Shown here in pieces: positions 18,369-27,320 of a stretch of DNA of 53,873 bases. The notes under the pieces were generated by a model, which saw nothing but the letters and a program-made list of their open reading frames with translations, made no database searches and had not been told where the DNA came from. Origin of the DNA: a virus. Lineage: Duplodnaviria > Caudoviricetes. Every line of letters starts with the position of its first letter. The stretch's first letter is position 1. The DNA is taken from positions 1 through 53,873 of IMG/VR virus record IMGVR_UViG_3300017971_000342. The stretch is one strand, 5' to 3'. The position numbers and the translations under genes are program-made.

Positions 18369-18943
18369 GATGTGGTCCCGTGCTCACTTGACGTCACTTG
18401 CTTCCGGTGCTTCAGCCCCTCCTTGTAGGCGTCAACGTCGGTTGTCGGCGCTGCCGGGATAAGGAGCACTCCACCTGTCACGTTATGATCCACCTGCGAC
18501 TTGTCCCTGTACTCCGGGCAGTGTCGCTTGGCCTGTAGCTCTAGGAGCCGGTCGCTGAACTTCTGGACATGGCCCACGCATTCTCCCTTGAAGAACACCG
18601 GCTCCATCCAACCGTCAACGGCTCGATCGTGAATCACGTGCGAGATCTTCTGGCGGTAGAACTCATGGGCCATCTCCACCAAGTCCTCTATCTCCTGCCA
18701 CTCCTTCCGTAGTTTCGCGAAGTGGGGAAAGCTCAGGCCGTGGGCGTGGCAGGCCCTGTACATGACTCCTGTGTTGCAGATCTCGTTGAGCACATCGCAC
18801 AGCGCCTCAGCCTTCCACTTCTTCCGAGACCCACATCGGGAGATGAACGCTTCCTTCGGGACAAAGGTTTTGATAGAGGCCGCGTCAAAAGGTTCAATCC
18901 TTGATTCCGGTGTAGGTCTGGTTGTAATTTGCGATTCGCTCAT
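18365..18943 (-). CDS. terS: Terminase small subunit
   Basis: RAVDGWMEPVFFKGE.VG...KFSDRLL...K...PEYRD motif; ATGA overlap with terL; start moved to ATG 18943. Confidence 0.85.
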   Translation of the reverse strand: MSESQITTRPTPESRIEPFDAASIKTFVPKEAFISRCGSRKKWKAEALCDVLNEICNTGVMYRACHAHGLSFPHFAKLRKEWQEIEDLVEMAHEFYRQKISHVIHDRAVDGWMEPVFFKGECVGHVQKFSDRLLELQAKRHCPEYRDKSQVDHNVTGGVLLIPAAPTTDVDAYKEGLKHRKQVTSSEHGTTS

Positions 18944-18978
18944 GCTTCTATCATAGTCGACCTGTGGCCCAGAGGCAA
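18944..18978 (-). promoter_or_regulatory. terS promoter, predicted leaderless transcript
   Basis: TTGCCT-17-TATGAT-6 nt-ATG, no Shine-Dalgarno. Confidence 0.7.
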
Positions 18979-19074
18979 GTTTCTGGATGCTGAGGGCTGG
19001 GACAGCGGACGTGGTGGAGGTCTCCATCGCCCAGAGGACCAGACTCTGTGACGAGCCAACGACCGATAACCATT

Positions 19075-19349
19075 CGACTCTACCTTCGCAAGGTAGAGTC
19101 AAGGTAGAGTCGCACGTAAATCCTTTATCGACAAGGTCAGACTCTACGTACTCTACCTACTCTACCTTGAAAGAGAGAATAAGGTATCGAGCTCCCATTC
19201 CAGAGTCTCTGGGCTGTGGCCTGTGCAACTGGGAACAAGGTAGAGTCAGTAGAGTCGGTAGAGTCTGCTCACTCCACCACTAGAGTTACGTGCGACTCTA
19301 CCTTCAGCCAAGGTAGAGTCGACTCCGCAACGTAGAGTTGCATTCCGAC
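19075..19349. repeat. ACTCTAC iteron element, copy 1 (candidate origin or packaging locus)
   Basis: 12 ACTCTAC/GTAGAGT cores; opposed 9-bp-period triplets at 19141/19150/19159 and 19240/19249/19258; 11-12 bp inverted repeats at each end. Confidence 0.92.
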
Positions 19350-19460
19350 TGTCTGTAGGGAATACATCTATCTGTAGGGAATATAAGGAAGTGGATGATT
19401 ATACTAGATGTAACGTCTATAACGATTATCAATTGTAACGATTATAACGTCTACACTGAT
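19350..19460. repeat. AT-rich tract with short direct repeats
   Basis: TCTGTAGGGAATA x2, TAACGTCTA x2, TAACGATTAT x2; strongly AT-rich relative to the rest of the window. Confidence 0.75.
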
Positions 19461-19463
19461 GGC

Positions 19464-19498
19464 AAAGATAAAAGCCCTGCGGGCTCGGACCGCAGGGC
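19464..19498 (-). terminator. Intrinsic terminator ending the early/middle region
   Basis: GCCCTGCGG-7 nt-CCGCAGGGC then TTTTATCTTT on the minus strand. Confidence 0.8.
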
Positions 19499-19555
19499 CT
19501 GGTTGTGTCACTGAACCACCAGCTGACAGCGACACGTTGCGAAGCTCCTTATTGT

Positions 19556-20227
19556 CTAGGTCTTGGCCACACGGACCGCGATCTTGGTGTCGTCGTCAGT
19601 GGCAGAGGAGAGCGCGGCCTTCAACGCCGTGGCTATCGCGTCGTCTTTCTTGGCGCCGTCAGCCTCCACTGTCTGGTGTGCCGTCATGAACGTCTGGACT
19701 CCCTTCACCACCTGTATGAACTGCCGATCCTTCTCGGTGACCTTGCCCTTCACCGCAGCGACGGCCTCTTCCATCTGTGACCCAGAGACATCTCCTGGCT
19801 TGGACATGAAGAGCTTGCCGATCACTGTGCCGGCTCCGCCCATCCCGAAGGCAGCGCCCAGGGTGGTCAATAGGCCTCCAGGAGCGAAGAGGGCTTTACC
19901 TCGGGACTCTCCCACGTCGACATCCGCAGATATCGTATCCGTCAGGAGGGCCCACTCGAGATTCTCGTCGTCTACCATCTGTTGCAGCTCATGCATGTTC
20001 TTCCTGTGTGCTTTCGGTAGGGCTTCTTTGAGCTGCTTGGCCTTGTAGAGGGATTCATAGCCGTCGAGCGAACCTGGCTCGACGACACCTGCTTTCTCCA
20101 CGTAGGCGATGCCCTGCTTGTTGACCGTCGTCGGCGTCACATACTCGTACAGCGCGGCACACCCAACGGAGGCAATGCCCAACGCCACACAGAGCAGAAA
20201 CACCATCGTCACGATGACTTTTCGCAT
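19556..20227 (-). CDS. Predicted lipoprotein with an internal hydrophobic segment
   Basis: MRKVIVTMVFLLCVALGIASVG-C lipobox-like signal; AGGAG RBS. Confidence 0.6.
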   Translation of the reverse strand: MRKVIVTMVFLLCVALGIASVGCAALYEYVTPTTVNKQGIAYVEKAGVVEPGSLDGYESLYKAKQLKEALPKAHRKNMHELQQMVDDENLEWALLTDTISADVDVGESRGKALFAPGGLLTTLGAAFGMGGAGTVIGKLFMSKPGDVSGSQMEEAVAAVKGKVTEKDRQFIQVVKGVQTFMTAHQTVEADGAKKDDAIATALKAALSSATDDDTKIAVRVAKT

Positions 20228-20238
20228 GTCGGCTCCTT

Positions 20239-20523
20239 TCAAACGTCGTTACGTTTCTGTCTCCAATAGTGTAGACACCGGACCACTTCCCGGCGATCTA
20301 CCTCAACTGCACCGAGGGCGATAGCCTGCCGGCGCTTGCTCTCTGTAAGGTCGTAGTGCGGGAGTCCAGTCGGCTTCCACTGAAACCAGGACCGTCGCAG
20401 CCGGAGCCGCAACGCGAAGCTGTGTAGGTCGTCCAGGTCGCCGTCCGTGAGCATGTGGCATGCCTTTGACCACCGCCACACCCCGGTCGGAATGCACGGC
20501 ACCAACGCATCAACGTAGATCAT
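20239..20523 (-). CDS. DUF4031 family protein
   Basis: MIYVD...CHM..D...DLH.FA..L.LRRSWFQ...PHYDLT..KR..A...GA. Confidence 0.85.
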   Translation of the reverse strand: MIYVDALVPCIPTGVWRWSKACHMLTDGDLDDLHSFALRLRLRRSWFQWKPTGLPHYDLTESKRRQAIALGAVEVDRREVVRCLHYWRQKRNDV

Positions 20524-22039
20524 AGCGTTCCCGATCCTCATACATCTGCCGGATGTAGTCGTAGCTGAGGGCACCGCCACACTTCTTGTGCCACAGACAT
20601 GCGGCCTTGGCGACGCGTTCCCGTTCGACAGGTGACTTTGTGAACCACCAGATGGCAGCCTCCAGTATGCCGTGCTCCTTGTAGTTCCAGACCGATCGCC
20701 ACCTCATCTTACCAAAGCCGACCCACTTGTCTTTGAACTGATGCTCCCCGCAGCGCCGGCAGAACCGTTCGTGGCCGCAGGTGTAGATCCATCGGTGTAG
20801 GTGCATGGTCAGCTCCTATGTAGGAGGTTCGCAGAGACGCCGGCAGGGATGTCCACCTTCCGCTGCCGAACCGATACCTCGCCCCATAGAACGCGGACGA
20901 TTGGAGCGATGATGTAGACGTCTCCCGGCTCTGACAGTAGCTCCTGACGCACATGCTGCTCGGCCTCCTCCTGGCTGTCAAAGAGCCGAACGAACTCGAT
21001 GGCCAACTCACCGATCATCGAGTTGCGGAGCAGTGCTACCTGTCCGTCTTTTGGTTTCCTTGGTACCCTCATCTCTTCGGCTCCCACAAATCGTCACGGC
21101 CATGGGTGCAGTCAGAGCAGGGATACATGTCAGCGGCCTCTCGGCTATGCTTACAGCTGACGCACGACTGCCTCTCCCAGCCCTCTTCGAAGGCAATGCC
21201 GCCTTCGTCGGCGTGTACAACGGTAGCACGCAGAGCCGCGCGGCCTGGTGCTGTTATCTGGATTTGATCGCCCTTCTGGAACTCTGACATCTCTCATGCC
21301 TCCTCAGTAGTTTACGGGCAGCGGCGATCTCCTTCTCACACATGTCACCGCCCTCAGTAAATCGACCATCATCGTCACCCTCTACGATCTTCCGCAGCAG
21401 CGACAGCGCCTGCTCCTTGACGCGGTCACGCTGTCTTAGCACCTTGCTCATAAGATCTCTTCTCCCCATGCCCTGAACCGGCGAGCAACCCACTTCTCTA
21501 CCATGCCGACGGCGTGACAGAGTCGACACTCGTCGTCGTCGTCACCTTCGACGCCCTCTCCCTTGCAGCAGGGACAAACCACACCGCTGAGGAGTAGCAT
21601 GGTCGTGTCATACTTCCGCCGATCCACAGGTCTGTATGTGTCACCCTTGCCATTCATCTCTTGTCCTCCTCGCTGCCGCCATTTTCAACCGGATCGCCAT
21701 CCGCCGCAACATGAACACCGCCCTCAGCTTCTGGACCGGCGTCATCTGGCGGTGGATCGCCAGCTGCCTGGGCCGACGCCTTCTCCCGGAGGCCTACCCA
21801 CGAAGCTGCCTCAGCGTACCAGTCTCTCCACAACGGGAGCAGTAGTAAATCGCCCTGATAAAGTCAGGGTCATCGATGTGCGTGCCCAACGGGCCATGCC
21901 CGAAGAGCCAGCAGACGAAGCTCGGCCACAGCCTGGGTTTCCATACATCGCCGAGACCCATACCACAGAAGGAGCATCGGCGCCAGAACCTGACGCTGAC
22001 GCGGTATCGACAGTTGTTGCATGATTTACTCGTAGTCAC
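20510..22039 (-). other. Run of small coupled hypothetical genes (20510..20806, 20809..21072, 21069..21290, 21254..21451, 21448..21657, 21794..22039), several Cys-rich
   Basis: Contiguous minus-strand ORFs with short overlaps and purine-rich RBSs; 21448..21657 has CxxCxGxG-like motifs. Confidence 0.6.
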
Positions 22040-22877
22040 GGATCGCTACTCCCTGACCGAACTGTGGCTTCCCTGTCTTCTCGAATTTGTCGGGATACCG
22101 CACCGTGAGCATCTTACCGATCAGCTCAGCACGATTGGTCCAGTACTCCCTTCTAAGAGCCATGGAGCCTTTCGGCCGCACGTCAAAGGTATCCGCCTTG
22201 TTGCCAGGCATGCAGCAGATGAAGACCGCCGTCCCCGCATCCTTGCCGGTTGCCTCCTTGACGCCGACAATCTCGAACTCCGAGTCAAAGAACTGTTTGT
22301 ACTTCTGAAGCGCCCGACCCGAGCTCCCTTCCTGGTAGGCAGCGTACATGTCGCGAACGATGGCACCCTCATATCCGCCCTTGACCCAGACCTTCAGCCA
22401 GTGATCGACCATCTGGGCATCATCAACACGGTAGCAGGCCGACAGGAACACCGACTTCTTCAGATCGTTCAACAGCCCAGGATACCAGTCGCAGAGGTTG
22501 GTCCATCTGCTCCAGAACGGGACCACAGGGTGGTTGGTCATGTTGACGTCGTAGATGATAAACTGCATGTCACCGGCGAGAAAGCCGGGATGAGCGCCGT
22601 CGCCCTTGACCGCCGAACAGGTCTCGGTGAAGTCCCACTTCCTCTGGTCGAGCATCAGCTCCCCGTCCAGTATCCAGCCGGCAGGGACCGTGGGCACAAA
22701 CTTCTTGAGGAAGCCCTGTATGTGTGGCTTGTGGAGCCTTGGTGTCCTCGTCCAGGCGACATCGCCGTCGTAGTGAACCCGTATGCCGTTGAACTTCGGC
22801 TGAGCCATAGCGGGGAAGCTCGTCCTCGCCGCGACGTAGGGCTTGGCCGCCATCGGGATTGTCAGTCGATCTCTCAT
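22026..22877 (-). CDS. Minimal ATP-dependent DNA ligase
   Basis: AQPKFNGIR (motif I), ILDGEL (III), FIIYDV (IIIa), YEGAIVR (IV), LQKYK (V) and OB-fold GKMLTVRY...GKPQF....IRDYE. Confidence 0.92.
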   Translation of the reverse strand: MRDRLTIPMAAKPYVAARTSFPAMAQPKFNGIRVHYDGDVAWTRTPRLHKPHIQGFLKKFVPTVPAGWILDGELMLDQRKWDFTETCSAVKGDGAHPGFLAGDMQFIIYDVNMTNHPVVPFWSRWTNLCDWYPGLLNDLKKSVFLSACYRVDDAQMVDHWLKVWVKGGYEGAIVRDMYAAYQEGSSGRALQKYKQFFDSEFEIVGVKEATGKDAGTAVFICCMPGNKADTFDVRPKGSMALRREYWTNRAELIGKMLTVRYPDKFEKTGKPQFGQGVAIRDYE

Positions 22878-23530
22878 GAGCTCACCAAGATGTAGTAGGC
22901 CAGCGCCGCAAACCCGCACAGAGCGCCGATCACAGCTGCGGCCGGGAAGCGATAGCCCAGCGAACCGCTGTTCGCTGGATAGTAATGAACGTGGCCATGG
23001 CCGTAGGTTGCCTCATCCAGACAGCTGGCACAGGGCTGCACAGTGGGGCAGCGTTCGAGAAACAGGCACGTCCGGCAATCTTTAGCTCTTGCCATCAATC
23101 CACCCTCCAACACAATAGAGTAGAGCACTTATCACGGCAGCCGCAACCATGACGGCCACAGTCAACAGCCCCACTGTCAGGTCCACCGTAAAGCCGAACA
23201 GGCCAAGGAAGACCAGGGCAGCGAAGCCGTACACTTGCAGGCAGTAGAGGAACATGCGGAGGTACAGCCTCACAGGACTATCTCCTTCACCAGACGCTTC
23301 AGCTCCTCGCGTGCTTCGTTGAGACGGCGCTGCTCACCAACGCTCTCGGGACTGTCGTCGGCGTCCCTACGTGCCGAGATGAAGTCCTCGATGGCGTCGA
23401 CCAGCAACGTGGCCTTTTCGTCCGTGACGCACTCGTCCTCTTGCTTGTCGATCTCTTCCCGGCAGGGAGGGCAGATCGAGTAGGACTGACTCGCCAGGGG
23501 CACACCGCAGTGTTCGCATCTGATAGCCAT
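22874..23530 (-). other. Three small genes (22874..23095 Cys-rich plus TM, 23082..23273 two-TM, 23270..23530 zinc ribbon)
   Basis: Coupled ORFs downstream of the promoter at 23568-23596. Confidence 0.6.
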
Positions 23531-23541
23531 GGTAACCTCCA

Positions 23542-23597
23542 AGGTAGGGCACCATTGCCCTACCTAAACAATACGCTACAACCGGGAAGAAGCCAAA
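23542..23597 (-). promoter_or_regulatory. Early-type promoter plus leader hairpin (variant)
   Basis: TTGGCT-17-TATTGT then AGGTAGGGCA-ATGG-TGCCCTACCT and GGAGG RBS. Confidence 0.65.
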
Positions 23598-24173
23598 TCA
23601 GCAGGCCTCGTTCTTGATGATTTTCTTCATGTCTTTGAGCTCAGCCCTCAGCTCCTTCAACCCGAAGGGCTTCTGGGAGGGAGTCTCGCGGACGTCTTTG
23701 ACCACCAGCTCAAGGTCGTCGGCCGAGATGCCAAGCGCCTTCAGCCGAGTCACGATGTTCTCGCGGATGCGGTCGTATCGCTCACCGGGATACCGGTCGG
23801 GCGACAGGTCGCGGATCGTACCATCCCACGAGTAGAGCTCGTAGAAGAGGACGCCGTCAGCCAGGCCATACCGGCGGACCAAGCGAGCCAGAGCCAGCAT
23901 ACGATCGCCGACACAGTCCAGCAGGTCCATGCTGTTGAGGTCGTAGTTGCACTTCGTCACGTGGAAGTTGCGGCCAACGCCGTCCGGGTCAACGATAACA
24001 TCAGCATCGCACCAGACTTCCCAGTGATTCAGCGGCCTGGCGTTTTCCCACTTGCCGTCACTGATCTGGCCGGTCAGCTCCTCTTCCCACAGGGCAGCCT
24101 GAACGTCGTTTCTGAAAGCGAGTGTCTTAGTCATGGTTTCACCCTTTCGATTGGTTTCTTTTGTCGTCTTCAT
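23598..24173 (-). CDS. Hypothetical protein (start 24173 or 24134)
   Basis: ELTGQISDGKWENARP motif; own promoter. Confidence 0.7.
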   Translation of the reverse strand: MKTTKETNRKGETMTKTLAFRNDVQAALWEEELTGQISDGKWENARPLNHWEVWCDADVIVDPDGVGRNFHVTKCNYDLNSMDLLDCVGDRMLALARLVRRYGLADGVLFYELYSWDGTIRDLSPDRYPGERYDRIRENIVTRLKALGISADDLELVVKDVRETPSQKPFGLKELRAELKDMKKIIKNEAC

Positions 24174-24208
24174 ACCTAAAGTATAACCAATCGATGTGGA
24201 AACCAAAA
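24174..24208 (-). promoter_or_regulatory. Early-type promoter
   Basis: TTTTGG-17-TATACT-TTAGGT-ATG. Confidence 0.7.
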
Positions 24209-24210
24209 CG

Positions 24211-24685
24211 CTATTCAGTCAAATTATCTAGATCTGCCCTGAAACTTTGAGCCAGGCGTCTGGTGTCCTCGGCGAATTGCTCAGTCAGGTTGCTCATCAG
24301 ACCCAGATACTTGTTCTGTGCCTGTACAGCCTTCGCTCCCACGCCGAGCATACAGGCGGATCGCTGTAGCTGCACCGCCAAAGCCGACGAGGCAGCCTGC
24401 CACTCCTTGAAGGCAGTTTCGTAGGCGAGCTTGACAACCTGGTGGTCAGCGATCGCCTCCATATGCTCATCGCTCATGTGGTACTCATCGTCTGGCATTG
24501 AATGCCCTCCCAAGTGCTTTGATGGCGTCTTCCGCCCTCTGGGCTTGCGATCCCAGATAAAGGCCAGCAGGAGTATCGGCACCCACCATCTCGGCGAGCT
24601 CCCGATAATCGCGGGCGCGTTGTAACAGAATTGGTGCAGTAAGGCCCAGGAGGACACCATACTCACGCTCCAGTGGATCACTCAT
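24211..24685 (-). other. Two small hypothetical genes (24211..24498, 24485..24685)
   Basis: GGAGG RBS before MPDDEY; ATGA overlap with the dUTPase gene. Confidence 0.55.
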
Positions 24686-25437
24686 AGGTCGTATCCCTTA
24701 GCCTCTTCGGTTGTGCAATCGTCGTCCTGACGTGCGTGGTTCTTAGCCAGTTTGGCCTCATACAAGGCGAAGACCTCGTTGGCACTCATGCCGAGGGCCT
24801 CGAAGATGCTGATGAGGAAGAACAGGCAGTCGACCGCCTCGACCTTGGCGTGGTCAAGGTTGTGGATCTCGTACTGCCGGCCCTCGCGTGCCTCCTTGTA
24901 CCAGTGCTTCCAATAGGTCATATCCCGTAGCTCGCACAGCTCACCGATCATGGCGGTGATGTAGGCGTTGAGCCACTTGCCACCCTCAAGCAGGTCAAGA
25001 TGCCCGTCGTCGAGGATCAACTCGTAGGCGTCAAAACCGGCCTTCTTGTTGAGCTCATACTGCATGCCGAAGAGATCTTGGAGCATGTCCTCGTTGCCAT
25101 CATAGGCCAGGTAGGCTGGACCAACTTCAGGCGCTCTGGTATGCTTCATGAGCCTTGGTGGGAAGACCGTTGTCTGCACCTGACCCTCAACGGGACCACG
25201 CATGACGTTGACACTACGGTCCCTCTTGTAGGAGCCGCAGTGCTGAGCGAACTCCCTGGTGCCACGGCAATCGCCGCAGTTCCCGCCATACTTCTCACAC
25301 TCGAGACAGGTCCGGTCGCCGCGTTCCCCGACATAGCGGAACAGGCTACAGTTCTGCACCGGCCTCTGGTCCATCGTTTTCTCCGGATGCTCACAGGTAT
25401 CGTAGCGCCGGCAAAGACTACACGGTTTGATACTCAT
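24682..25437 (-). CDS. Dimeric all-alpha dUTPase family NTP pyrophosphatase with Cys-rich N-terminal extension
   Basis: LFGMQYELN, GELCEL, WKHW, VEAVDCLFFLIS, LYEAKLAKNHARQ. Confidence 0.85.
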   Translation of the reverse strand: MSIKPCSLCRRYDTCEHPEKTMDQRPVQNCSLFRYVGERGDRTCLECEKYGGNCGDCRGTREFAQHCGSYKRDRSVNVMRGPVEGQVQTTVFPPRLMKHTRAPEVGPAYLAYDGNEDMLQDLFGMQYELNKKAGFDAYELILDDGHLDLLEGGKWLNAYITAMIGELCELRDMTYWKHWYKEAREGRQYEIHNLDHAKVEAVDCLFFLISIFEALGMSANEVFALYEAKLAKNHARQDDDCTTEEAKGYDL

Positions 25438-26864
25438 ACGGTCTCCCTCTCAAACATGGAGGCGTCAGCCAGCTTCAGGAGGTAGTGCTGAAACTCCTTG
25501 CTGTGGTCCATCGCCTCGGATAGGTGGTGAGCGATTTCTTCGATGCAGGCCAGTCGTTCCTGACGGGAACCAGCATCATCGATGTTGATGTAGCAGATGC
25601 CCTTGCGATACTCACCATGGATGATGTCATGCTGGCCTGGCCGTTGACGGAACATCATGTGTCCCGGCTTGGCTTTACCCTTGGTCAGGCCGAGATGACA
25701 GAACTGTTCCCACACCTGGTGGAACACCGCGCTCTCTTCCTCGGTCGGCTCTCGGAGCTCTTCGTAAGTTTGCTGCTCAGCGGTGAGCACCTGTGACATG
25801 AACGGCACACCGGCTGCCTTCAACAGGTTGCGGAGACCGTCCTTCTCTACGATGACTGGCTTCTTCCCAAGGGCATCGAGCCTGTCGTAGTAGAATTTGT
25901 CGTTGGTGCACATGACCGCGTTCTCGCCGAAGATCTCCGTGAAGGCGTCCCGCCAGGAGTCGCCATCTGCCACGTTGGTGTAGTGGCTGGCCGTGGTGAG
26001 GCACTTCTCCTCATAGCACGTGGCGTGGTCCGGGATAGTGATCTGGCCGCATTCCTCCTCGGACGGCTCACCACAGTCAACATCCGGCAGCGGAGCCCTT
26101 CTGTCGATGAGCATCCGCACGAGCAGCGCCTTGGCCTGCTCAAGACCAAAGGCTGCCACGGCTCGAGCGATCCGGGAGTTGACGTCGTACCAGTCGGCCG
26201 ACCGGCTCTCGTTCAGCTTCAGGTCGCCGATCTCGTAGTCGTACAGGGAGCAGACGCTGCTCTCCTGAATCCACACCCCGCGATGGTACACCTGAAGACC
26301 GGGATGGTTCTCCCTCTTCACGAGGACGCGTCCCTCGTACACCGGCTGAGCCGTAGCCACGTCCGATAGCTGTAGAAGCCGGTCATGGACCTTCGTGTAG
26401 GCCTCCAGTATCTTTGGTGTGACGGGGATGTAGACTCGGGTCGCCCCTGGCTTACCCTCCAAGGTAGACGAGACCACATCGTGATACAGGCAATCCACGC
26501 CTGACTCGTCCAAGGCGTTACAGATGATCTCGCGGAATATCATCCACGGATCGTTCCAGTCGGCCTTACCGAAGTTGGGGTGCATCCCCATCCCGTGCCA
26601 CTCATCTGGGCTCCAACGCTCCCGGCGCTCGGACAGTTTGAAGCAGATCTCGTCCTGGCCGTCGATGTTCTGGACGCCAAAGTCGATTCGTAGATCTCCG
26701 GAGAATATGACCGGCAACTTATCCAGCCGCGCCAGGAGAGCGATGCTCTCCTTGAGGCCTGTGCCGAACTGGCCGATCTGATCCTCACGCTTGTTGGACA
26801 AGCCCAGGAGACGCATGCCCCACAGGGGCAATTCACCCTTGTTCTGGATCAGTATGTGGCTCAT
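25434..26864 (-). CDS. GHKL-type ATPase with permuted motif order and zincin-like C-terminus
   Basis: IQNKG, LGLSNK...IGQFGTGLK, then REIICNALDE; C-terminal IEEIAHH....DH...FQ. Confidence 0.65.
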   Translation of the reverse strand: MSHILIQNKGELPLWGMRLLGLSNKREDQIGQFGTGLKESIALLARLDKLPVIFSGDLRIDFGVQNIDGQDEICFKLSERRERWSPDEWHGMGMHPNFGKADWNDPWMIFREIICNALDESGVDCLYHDVVSSTLEGKPGATRVYIPVTPKILEAYTKVHDRLLQLSDVATAQPVYEGRVLVKRENHPGLQVYHRGVWIQESSVCSLYDYEIGDLKLNESRSADWYDVNSRIARAVAAFGLEQAKALLVRMLIDRRAPLPDVDCGEPSEEECGQITIPDHATCYEEKCLTTASHYTNVADGDSWRDAFTEIFGENAVMCTNDKFYYDRLDALGKKPVIVEKDGLRNLLKAAGVPFMSQVLTAEQQTYEELREPTEEESAVFHQVWEQFCHLGLTKGKAKPGHMMFRQRPGQHDIIHGEYRKGICYINIDDAGSRQERLACIEEIAHHLSEAMDHSKEFQHYLLKLADASMFERETV

Positions 26865-27145
26865 ACGAATAGCTCCTCCATCTGCGACCAGACCTGCCGA
26901 CGATGCTCATGGCACACCGTTTGAAGGGCTTTGCGGAGAGCGTGCTTGTAGCCGCGCTTCCGTACGTCCTGGTCCTTGTTGCAGCAGCGGACCGTGCCTG
27001 AGGCGACAATGGCTGAGTCGCCGTACAGACAGCAGGTTGTCTCCGCCACCTTCCGTGTGCGGTCGGTCCCGGGGATCGTAAAGTCGACGTGACGCCGTTG
27101 GAACCCGACCAAGAACTCTCTACCATCGATGGTGACTGACTTCAT
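26861..27145 (-). CDS. Hypothetical protein
   Basis: ASGTVRCC.KDQ..RKRG.K.AL.KAL; ATGA overlaps. Confidence 0.65.
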   Translation of the reverse strand: MKSVTIDGREFLVGFQRRHVDFTIPGTDRTRKVAETTCCLYGDSAIVASGTVRCCNKDQDVRKRGYKHALRKALQTVCHEHRRQVWSQMEELFV

Positions 27146-27320
27146 TCCACTTTCCTCGCTTTCTGTAGTAGCTCAACGGTGTTGAGCGCTATTTGGTGTC
27201 GTCGTAGCCGTTCAGCTATTGGCCGATCAAGGTTTTCCCGGATTGCTTCAAGCTCATCGACGCTCAGCCGCGCCGAATCGCTTCCTGATCTTGTTCGGGA
27301 TGCGGACGTAGTTGACACCC

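Noticed and set aside
19075-19321. Element as a MITE
   Set aside because: No target-site duplication or transposase seen, and the two copies do not share a right end.
19075-19349. Repeat element read as a mini-CRISPR array
   Set aside because: Repeats are 7-11 bp, in both orientations and not regularly interspaced; no cas genes.
19404-19545. Short minus-strand GTG ORF with an AAGGAG upstream
   Set aside because: Runs through the terminator into the AT-rich repeat tract; no coding signal.
21654-21797. QLAIHRQMTPVQKLRAVF frame resembling a small antitoxin-like family
   Set aside because: No clear start after the upstream stop and competing open frames; too weak to call.
22780-22810. Ligase motif I KFNG instead of KxDG as a sign of inactivation
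   Set aside because: The catalytic Lys and all other motifs are intact; KxNG occurs in other nucleotidyltransferases.
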